64,000 nt of DNA from Octopus vulgaris (lineage: Eukaryota), in NCBI GenBank assembly GCA_951406725.2, contig OX597818.1, positions 102,052,001 through 102,116,000 of the forward strand, written 5' to 3'. Below, piece after piece: positions 53,845 to 64,000 of this stretch (its first letter is position 1; each line of letters opens with the position of its first letter). Position numbers and translations under genes: made by a program. The notes beneath the pieces were generated by a model. That model was not told where the DNA came from. It did not search any database and saw only the letters and a program-made list of their open reading frames with translations.

Positions 53845-54838
53845 GTTGATTTAAAACCGGAAACGGAGGCATTAATCTCTGCTGCCCAAAAGCAACCATG
53901 AGGAACCTATTACATCAAATACAGAATAGGCAACACACCAGAAAGTGATAAGTGCATAGTTTGTGGACAAAATGGTGAACAGTATGGCATATTACCAGTC
54001 AGTGTACGCCACTAGCCCAGAAAGAATATAAGAGACGTCATGACAACATAGCAAGGATTATCGATTGGACACTTTGCAACAAGTATGGACTTGACAGAGC
54101 AAAAATGTGATATGAACATAAACCCGAAGACATCATTGAAAATAATAATGCAATGATCCCATGGAATTTTATGATTCAATGCGACCATGAGATAGAGTGT
54201 TAATTGAGAACGAAAGTAAACGATGCTGGATCACATATATAGCATGCCCAGCCCACAAGAAGGTATGCGATGAGGAAGAAAGAAATGCCTACGGTTATAA
54301 CAGGTTAGCTTGGGAGGATAAGCAGTTGTGGTCAATGAAAAAGGTGGTAGTACTACCAATATTTCTCGGAGCCTTAGGAACAGTGAGCAAGAATTCTTGA
54401 AAAGTACACGGAACAAATAGTGGCTGCAATAATGATAATACAAAAATCCTGTGGGATTTTATATTTCAATGCGATCCATGGGATAGAGCATAGAAAGCCA
54501 GGCATAGTCTTAATTCAGAAAGAAAACGATACTGGATGCCCAACAGAAAGCGAGGGATGCGATAAGGAAGAAAGAAAAGTCGATAGATATGACAGGTTAG
54601 CTTGGAAAGTTAAGAAGTTGTTGTCGTTGAAAAAGGTAGCAGTAGTAACAATAATTGTCGGAGTCCTGAAAACAGTGAGCAAAACATTCGAGAAATACGT
54701 GGAACAAATAGGGGCTGCAATAAGGGTGGAGCTTTTGCAGAAAACAGCACTGCTTGGAACCGCTCGAATACTCCGGAAGGTGCTCGAAAAATAACGGATG
54801 TTACCTTAGTTTACTGGTAGTGAACCGCTGACACTGTA
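53845..54838 (+). mobile_element. Second RLE retrotransposon fragment (CCHC knuckle and endonuclease, with internal tandem duplication)
   Basis: LKPETEALISAAQ..DKCIVCGQ..HITSQC..LAQKEYKRRHDNIARII; gacaggttagcttgg..aaaaaggtagcagtag..aacagtgagcaa..ggaacaaatag occurs twice (~54300 and ~54590). Confidence 0.9.
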
Positions 54839-54920
54839 GGCTTCAGGGTATATCAGCCGAAACGTTGTGTTAACAACAAACAAGATGAGGACAAATATCC
54901 GTCGAATGTAAATAATGTAC
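54839..54920 (+). mobile_element. Penelope-like fragment with the 3' half of a hammerhead motif
   Basis: GGCT..AGCC-GAAACGTT; the CUGANGA half is missing. Confidence 0.35.
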
Positions 54921-57900
54921 AGCTCAGTTAATGCACAGAATGCACGCACGATAAAGTCTACACCTAACCGACTCAACAACTATAATACTTATCATAATGA
55001 TTACAGTACTGATGGTGATGATGATGATGATGCTGATGATGATGTTAACGACGATGATGATAAAGTTAATAATAATAAAACTACGAACAACATTATAATC
55101 ATATTAAGAAAATCAAAGCTAGCGCCTAAGCAGTAGAAAGCAAAGAAATATGAAAACCGTGAAGGACAGCTTTATGGCCACAGTTTCACGATGAATCAAA
55201 ATATAGGAACATCGACTCACACGTAATATATCGCGCCCTTTTATTATTTAACACTATAATTTCTAATACCAATTCCAAAGCATAACATAAAAACAGCCAT
55301 CGAAATATCACCCCCTCACATTGCGTGACATCTGTGGAATGTAGGGACAGTGCCTGAAATTCTAGTTTTAGGATTAAAGAGTCTCCGACGTCCAAATTTT
55401 ACTTAATTAATCACTCCGAAAGGGCAAAATGGTTAAGTACCTCTCAGAGGGATAGAAACTCAGAGGAAATGCCGCGAAGCGATTTCTCCGAAATGCTAAC
55501 GACTATGCCACGTCCCTATATTTAGCAAACGGGTTAATAATAGTATAAACAAAGCTCAATATATTTAAATACGATTGATTTTTCTTCGAAAGATATATTC
55601 TTAATTAAGCACCTATTTTTCAGTATTTTATTATTTATTCTTATGTGCAATTTTAAAATGCTATTTCACGAAAGAAATGAACTGTTTCTCTTTACCCAGT
55701 AAAATAGTCGTTTGGCACTTTGGATAATAAAATGCATGAACTCCAGCATTTTACCTTATGTTCACCTATTGTATAACATTTCATAAACTGCTAGTTTGAA
55801 AATCGTACATGATTTTATTACTTGAAATATATCTACAAATATATTGGCAATATTGTATAACATACGTGTCTATTTATTCAAGTCTCAAAACAATATGTAT
55901 TATATTATCGTATTAATATTTCTTTTTTGTTGCCTCAATTTCTTAGTTTTAAAATGGTTGCTTTTTTACGACTAGCATTTGAGAATTCCATCTTTTATAG
56001 TGACTGAGGAATTTAATATTGTCTAAATTTAATTACATGAAACGTCTGCTTCTTCAGCTTTAATATCTTTTTCCAAACAATAAATCATATTCTAAACAAG
56101 AATTAGATATTATGTAGCATATATTCAGAATACACGCACATAGATTAGACAAAACGAATGCATGTACAATTAGACGAATGAATCATATTGACATAAAACA
56201 TCCACCCCGAGATACTAACACAGCGATATAGGTGCATATTCGTCTGTATCTACATGTGCGTGTATGTATATGTACATATGGATGTATTATATTTTGTCTA
56301 ATGCTTACGTAGGCATTAGTCGAAGACTCAATATAAATTACGTGTAAATTATATACATTCTTTCTATGATATATGTATGATCTAATAAGAACATACCTTT
56401 TTCGACAAATATCATATCTCATTGGATGTTTTAAATAGATATTCGTATCTAAACGTAAGTATACTCGTTATCTTTCCTTCGGAAAAATATGCGTGATATT
56501 AGGAATTTATCAGTGGGAATTTTACAAAGTAAGGAATAAAATAAACGATTAGATTAATTGAGTGAGAGATGTGTACAGTACATTCTAATCTAATGATGCT
56601 ATATATACAGTAAACTTTCTGCGTTTATATTTATCTGTAATGAAGACAAGGAAACATGTTAAAATATTAATGTTTGTATTAATAACAAAAATTTAGAATC
56701 TAACATAGCGTACGGTTTATCGAGAAATCTCGTAGATGTACTAAATTTTCAACGCTGTCGTCAGTTGCTCAAAGATATTTTAGCTATTTACGATATAAAT
56801 ATATAGTAATGAGAAAAAATAGAAATAGAAATAAATATATATATCAACTCAAAATTTATAGCAATATATGTATGTGTATCAAAGTTCTCCATAGAAGCAC
56901 ATCTATTCATGGAGTTCATACCACTTAGCATAATAGTTTAAAAAAGAAGATTCCTTAATACGGAAGATGGTATACTGAGTATAAAGTGGATTTTGTTTTT
57001 CTGAAGATGGATCAATTCGAAGGGAGAATACTCTGTATTCATTTAAGTCATAATGCAATGGAAACATGCATGAGTCATTATCTTCTATATTAGTGTTCTT
57101 TTCTATTTACGTACGTTTCTATTCGATTAAATGTTGTTTGTGTTAGTATAGTGAAATTTCTTTCAAAAATATTTAATTGTGGCAAATAGAAATCTTAATA
57201 GTGAATGGGGTAATCCGATGTTGGGTTTTCCACTACTATTATTGAGAGATCAAATGGCAGAGAAAGAGAAACCCCAATAACCGTCCTTGAATGAAGCGGC
57301 AGAAATGAGCTTTAGATAAATTAGAAGGAGATTATTTCGTGCTGTAAGTGAAAATCTCCGAGCATATTCTTGGAAACATCACAATCGCATGGCAAAGTTC
57401 TCTCATATTTCGCTACGATCATGGTCGATAAATGTCATTATCCGTAAATTTCCCGGGAAACAGTAACAGAAATGACATCTATATTTTTGAAATAATTATT
57501 AGATCAGACAATAGAGTTTCTCATCAATCCCAACAGCTCTTTCACGGTGACTATAAATGCGTTATGTAGCCTAATATGTTTGTTAGAAAATTATGCATAG
57601 TTTTTCTGCGGATTTTCCTCAAAAGCTCTCCACAGTATAAGCTGACCTCCTTCCATGTTAACAAACTCAGGACAACCAGAATAACCCCATAATGTTCCTG
57701 CCTTTACAGTTGATACACTTTATTCGAAGTGATGTATGGCTAAATGATATCTCTCAGCATATTAAAGACTGAAATGCTAATATATACTGCGTGAAGTTCA
57801 TCTCTACAAACTTATATAGGTACTCACTGAATTGCCTGCATTACTGCGGATTACTAAACTATAAATAAGATTCTTTTATCATAAATATATGATTCTTTTA

Positions 57901-57989
57901 TAATATTATTTCAAAATATATTTTATAAAAAAATATCCAAATTGTTATGAAAAGAGAATTTGGTACTGAAAATCTGTCAAACGTCAGGG

Positions 57990-58570
57990 TAAACAATATA
58001 CATTGTGTAATTTTTTGTTGGGGTCCAAATGAATAACATGTTGCGGCTTCCAACTCGCAAAGAAGTAACATAGAATTTGACTGTGCGACAAGCATCTAGT
58101 AGAGAGATCGAGTGCAACTACCTTGAGAGACTGTCCCTGAGATTTCTGAATTGAAATACCAAAATTGTTTTGACTGGAAACTGAAGTCTCTTAAATTCAA
58201 ATGGAACATCTGCAGATATGAGAGGACATTTTGGAATAAAGACATTTTCTCCGTTTTGACTTTGTTGCCTGTTTGAGATGGGACCTTCTGGAAGTAATAA
58301 ATTGATTGGGTCAAGACGCCTAAGCAACATAATGAGAGCATCCATCTTAATGACAAGTTATGCGGTGGCATCCCAGTGACTTTGAGTATCTTCAGAGCTT
58401 CAGCAGGGTATTAAACAGCCTGATCTCGATTAACGGTTGTGTGAATTGATGGAAAAGTGATTTCTGATGCATCTGTTAACTTTCGAATTTCATGATTTAG
58501 TTTGTCAACCATTTCATTACTTGGAGCCAGTATAGCTCTTTCACATTGCCAATTTACATCACTGTAATAG
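57990..58570 (-). mobile_element. Helitron RepHel (Pif1 helicase) C-terminal fragment
   Basis: WQCERAILAPSNEMVDKLN, GMPPHNLSL, IMLLRRLDP, GENVFIPKCPLISADVPFEFKRLQFPV. Confidence 0.9.
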
Positions 58571-58724
58571 ACAATAACACCTACACTCACGCAAACACAT
58601 ACACTTTCACATACAATGACACACATATGCACTCTCACATACATATACTAAGACAGACACACATAGACATACATTTACGTAACCTACGAGCAAACACACA
58701 CACAAACAGATTTACACACTAATG

Positions 58725-59080
58725 TGCAAAATGTGTCATCGTCGTGGTATATAATGTCCTTTACAATGTGGTACGTAACGAACTCACAAACATACATTCA
58801 CTCACAGACAGGTACATACTCATATGTGGTGGTGGTGGTTGTGGTTTCAAATGTCCTTTACTATCTCGTACGTAACACAAGCGCAAACACAGACACAAAC
58901 ACACAATCACATACACATACACACTCACATGCAAACTACGTTGTCACCGTAATAAAAAAATGTCCTTTACAATGTGGTAAGTAACGAACGCAAAAACATA
59001 CACTCAATCACAGACAGGTACATATTCATATACAAAATGTGACCTTGTCTTAGTCGTGGTGGTATAAAATATCCTTTATC
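58725..59080. repeat. Short reiterated motif (aaatgtcctttacaatgtggtacgtaac) adjoining the Helitron fragment
   Basis: copies at ~58753, 58849 and 58958. Confidence 0.6.
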
Positions 59081-59679
59081 ATAGTTGTGGCCGTGTTTTA
59101 TAATGTTCAAGCAAATGTTATGTTCTTTCAATCCAAATGAAAATAAATACATGTTGAGACTTGCGGGGTCTAATAGAATTACCTTGAACAATTTGATTTG
59201 ATTACTTGGAGCCGTTTCAGAATGCATGGAGAATTTATAGACAGAGAGACAACGTATTTTATATAGAGAGAGATTATAGGTAGCACTCACGGTCTTTCGT
59301 ATCTGGGGACATCGTAACAAAATGAGTGCTGGCTCTAAAATCGATAGTAAGTCAGTAGAGATGACCTTGACATGTGATTTAATGCACAGCTAACACAATA
59401 ATGCACGGTATTAACTTTTAATATATTTATAGCATATTATGTTTGCATAAGGAAATGCCGTGGTCTTACACGTCATTAATAGCTACTATTCCGGTTTCTG
59501 CTGCATTGCAGTTTACATATTTGCCAGGGATTTTATAAATTGTTTTTGTAACAAATATAAAAGAACAAAAATGAAGATTAAGGGAGCAGTGCAGTTAAAT
59601 AAATGAAATAGAATAGAAGAGACTGACCAATTTTGATCCAATGCGTGACTTGAATTTCTACTGGGCACCCTATTCCATT

Positions 59680-61060
59680 TTTTTAAAATCCCCTTCATGC
59701 CTTCTGATACAGTTCCCAAGGACCAAACAATAATAGGCATTTACTTCATTTTCCCTTGACGGCCTATTTCGTACGTATGAGGGTTGGATTTTTCTATATT
59801 TTTGCCTTCCTTCTTCACTATTCGTGGGTCAAAAGGGGGATGCAACATCAACTATATAGCATATGTGGTGCATCTCGTCCACCATCACTCGTCTGGTCTG
59901 TTATGCTCTAGCACCTAATCTGTTTGAATTGGGAATACCCATAGAATACTGTTAGTCTCCATCTCCGTCCCTCTCTGCGGTTTGTGCTCATATCATGTCT
60001 TACCTCTCTCTAGCCCACACCTTCCGCACAGTTTTCAATGTAGCACTTTCGCTACCTAATCGTGTCGCGACAAGTTGCGGTTTTGGGAAAGTGTAGGGCA
60101 TTCGTTCGTGATACGGGCACTGGTGAAGATACCTGCTCATTCCTAAGATTGGCTCTCTAATTAGTGGCCAAAGATTGGTCTTGCGCTGCCAGTATGGTGC
60201 TCTCGGTCTCTTTTTGTAGTGTTCCTTTGATCAGCGAATTGAATTGTACTTATTTTTTCCAGCAACTTCTGTTGTGACTGCAAGGAACTTATTGTTTAAT
60301 CCATTCTTGCAGAATTCGTCTGCGAGTCTTTTTTGTACTTCTTCCTTTGTTTTCCTTTTTTTTCTCTATTTCAATATTCCCTGGTTCCGAAGTCTCGGTA
60401 GCAAAGGTTTCTGACTTTGGGCTAGGTAACACATTAAGCTCTCGAGTTCGATTCGCACGTAGTCTTTCACCCTTATCAGACATATTATTCTATTTGCTCT
60501 CTTCATGTATAGGCGATCAGTGTTTACACATTTCTAATGTGTCCCATACATAGTTAGAAGCTTTAACTTCTTGTCCATCTCCTTTATTTTCTCCTCTGTC
60601 CAACTCAGTTTGGCATTTTGGCTTGAAGCCAATATTTTTGTCACTCGACGCAGGTACTCATTTTTTTCTCCTTTCCTTCTTATTATTGTACTTGACTCTA
60701 TCAGCCACAAATATTCCCAGGTATTTTTAGTTGGATTAAGGTTGTATTGCCTTCATCATTTTTCCACTTGGCAACCATATGTCTTCACCATCGTAGCACA
60801 TTTTGATTGTTCAAACTCCATCTTAATATCATTGGAGAAAATCCGTGAAGTGTGGACTAGGCTCTCTAGTTATGCATCATTCTGTGGGAATGGCCTCATG
60901 TCGTCCATGTAGTACCGTTTTCCCTTACGTCTTCCCAGAACATAATCAAACATTGATTTCTGTTAAATTTCACTGAAGGGGATCACCCCCAGCCTGAATA
61001 TTAGTGGGTACATACTGTCACCTTGGAGGACAACTCTCTTCATTTTCATCTCTCCTAATA
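59680..61060 (-). mobile_element. Degenerate RLE non-LTR retrotransposon (RT to endonuclease), 5' end next to (AAT)n
   Basis: QGDSMYPLIF, YMDDM, YEYLR, LKRDRE..LAAQDQ, RHD, PIQTD..EHNRPD, IIVWSLGTV. Confidence 0.85.
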
Positions 61061-61090
61061 TTTGATTCCCTGCTGTCAATTTCGTTCTCC

Positions 61091-61105
61091 ATTATTATTA
61101 TCATT

Positions 61106-61170
<65 letters not shown>

Positions 61171-61352
61171 ATTATTATTGTTGTTGTTGTTATCATTATT
61201 ATTATTATTTTTTTATTATTATTATTACTATTATTATTATTATCATTATTATTATTATTATTATCCTTATTGTAAATTATTATTATTGGTGTTGTTGATG
61301 TTCTTGTACTTGATGATGATCATGTTGTTCCTGTTGTTGTTGTTGTTGCTTT
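61091..61352. repeat. (ATT)n/(GTT)n microsatellite
   Basis: direct reading. Confidence 0.95.
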
Positions 61353-62235
61353 TGTAGCAATTATTTGATACCAATGTTGTATTCATTTGCATCACCATAC
61401 GTTATAACATGAGGGAAATAAGTGTAATTTTCTTATAGCAACTATTTAAATATCAAAGGGCCTCTTATACTTTACAGTAAATTCAACTTTCCAAGACTTT
61501 GAAGTCATTTACAGTCATTATTTTCGTTGTTCAGACGGCTGAAATAAAACTTTCCGAATAATGATACTCACGTACAACTATTGAAACGAAATATTTTCTT
61601 TGAACTTTTATTTCAGAATAACTTGTTGCTGTTTATATTTCTTTATTTAAAGCAATATAAAATAATGTCAGAATAATATCAATGACATTAATTTTGTATT
61701 TATATATGTTTCATCCTATACTCTCTGACTGATACACAAAACCAGTTGTATTCGAAAATTCGAGAATTGATTTTCTTTTTTTTTTCCTGTTTATTTTTTG
61801 TCTATTTCTAGCTAATGTATAGCCCTCATCCTGGAGGCTCTAGGATTTTGCCTCAGATTTTGTTTCCTCTTGATATAGGGCATAATGAAATATCTTTCGA
61901 GGGAAACTTTCGTGGTATCAGTCTACATGTTTGAGAGCAACCTTTTACAAATAGACGTGCTCCTTTAATTATCTCAGATTAATATTTTCTATTTGACTAT
62001 GTTTAAATGCTTTACGAAGGAAACACACGAAGAAGACATTACTTTCAAATTTTTGTACATGACCAGAAATTTCGGGGACGTATGTAAATCAATTTCATTA
62101 GCTCCATTTTACAAAACTGGTATTTCATTTATCGACCCCGAGAGGAATGTAAAATCAAAGTTAATATCGGCCGAATTTGAACTCAGGACATAAAGGCAGA
62201 AGAAATGTCGCTAAGTATCGTGCTAGCTATTCAGC

Positions 62236-62722
62236 TTGTCTTACGTTAAGACGATATTAAATACAAAACTGCCTCACGTGAAAATGTTATTATATACAAA
62301 GATACCTTACGTGGAGATGATTTTAGATACAAAGTTGACTTACGTGAAGATGATATTATATACAAAGCTACCTTACGTGAAGATGATTGTAAATATAGAT
62401 TTGACTTACGTGAAGATGGTGTTAAATACAATAAACAGCTGTCTTACGTGAAGATAATATTAAGTACAAAACTTCCTTACGTGAAAATCATATTAAATAC
62501 AAAGCTACATTACGTCAAGATCATATGAAACACAAAGCTACTTTACGTGAAAATGATAATAGATACAATATAAAGCTGCTTTACGTGAGGATTATTTTAA
62601 ATACAATACAAATGTGCCTTACGCGAAGGTGATATTAAGAAGAATACAAAGTTGCCTTCCGTGAAAATGATATTCAATACAATACAAAGCTGCCTTACGT
62701 GAAGATGATATTAAATACAAAG
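62236..62722. repeat. Minisatellite, 14 units of 33-38 bp (ctgccttacgtgaagatgatattaaatacaaag) between two SINE-like fragments (62110-62235, 62725-62945)
   Basis: counted by eye; the TACGTG core is conserved. Confidence 0.92.
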
Positions 62723-63400
62723 TGCTATTTCCTTCGGATTTTGGCAGAAGGCCAGAAATTTCGGAGAAAGTTTTAATTCAAATACGTCAAATCCAGGACT
62801 CAACTGGTATCAGTCTCATCGACGCCGACTGAAATGAGAACCAAAGTCGGCATCGGCTGAATTTGAATTCCGAAGGAATATGCGGACAAAATGTCTCTGT
62901 GCATTTTGCTTGCCATGCTAGCAATTTTGCTTCTTTACCGCCTTATTAAAATACAATGTAATAAAACCCGTTGATTTGGTTCAATATTGGAACCGATCCA
63001 TCGTATCAGCAAACACTTGAGCTAGAATAGCGTGTACCGTTTCATATTATTCTTACTTCATGTATACATTGCAGTATATATAAGTTCAGTAAGTTCTTTT
63101 TACTTTAATCGTTTCAGTCATTGTATTACATTCACGCCGTAGCACAACCTACAAAGCTTTTAGTTGAACAAATTGAGCGTTCCTAATGCGAAATGCTAAA
63201 TTACATAGACTAATTTTGAAGCGAATGAGTTGGGAGATGCACATACATTAGCGTATATATCGGAGTTTGCATATTCATATGCGCACGCATGAATTTCTCT
63301 GTGTGTATATGTCTGTGCATTATGTATGAGTGAGTGTGTGTATAGAGAGGAAAGACATATGGGCTTCCGCGCAGTTTCGGTCTGTCAAATTGTCCCCCAT

Positions 63401-63510
<110 letters not shown>

Positions 63511-64000
63511 TATATAGATAGATAGACAGATAGATAGGTACAGAGAGAGAGAGAGAATGCGAGAGAGAAAGGAAGCAAATGAAAATTCTTCAGTGCGGTT
63601 ATCTCAGTTTATATTCTGTCATATTTCCGCATGGACAGTTTCATCGTTGGATAACAGGGTGATATTTAAGCATTCATAAGTTCCTCCATTATACATCTAA
63701 AGGCCTGGGTGACCACAATCTCCTCTTTCTACGGAAAATAGATCAGTTCAAATTGGAATGCGTTATTGAAAAGCAAAATAAATAAATAAATAAATAAATA
63801 TAGGAATAAATAATATAAAAACGATAATAATGCATAAATAAATAATTGATTCTTGCTTACATGCAAACATCAATAAATCTGAGCGACATGACAATGTTGA
63901 TGAGTGAATCAAAATGATTTGACGAAAAGCAGCGGAACACGTGATCCATTTATTTTCGCTTTCATCATGTTTAACATATTTCATTTTTATTTTGTCTGCA

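Noticed and set aside
57180-57720. Possible Tc1/Tc3-like transposase remnant (GGQLILWRAF on the minus strand)
   Set aside because: Too degraded and no TIRs found
61812-61914. Plus-strand candidate exon after a strong pyrimidine tract (LMYSPHPGGSRILPQ..)
   Set aside because: Weak donor and no homology recognised; cannot be supported
62236-62722. CRISPR-like appearance of regularly spaced conserved motifs
   Set aside because: The intervening sequences are homologous to one another (tandem repeat); eukaryotic context and no cas genes

Overview
AT-rich, microsatellite-dense eukaryotic genomic DNA. The repeat repertoire suggests a coleoid cephalopod, most likely Octopus (inference, not verified). 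There is no intact long ORF and most of the ORF track is translated microsatellite. The window is mainly intronic/intergenic and filled with transposon relics: Tc1/mariner elements with TIRs and TA target sites, a Helitron helicase fragment, at least 8 fragments of a restriction-like-endonuclease (R4/Dong/NeSL-type) non-LTR family (several abutting (AAT)n), a Tx1/L1-like 3' end inside (TATC)n, RTE-like fragments and tRNA-derived SINEs. A few short candidate exons and an RFX X-box/CCAAT promoter-like site hint at a long-intron host gene on the + strand. The most striking signal is a set of about 8 Penelope-type minimal hammerhead ribozyme folds with diverse cores (CUGAGGA, CUGACGA, CCGAUGA, CCGAAGA, CUGUAGA and a compensatory G3:C8 GUGAACA), several within inverted-repeat cassettes next to (TA)n tracts. 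All calls were made by eye; no searches or folding programs were run.
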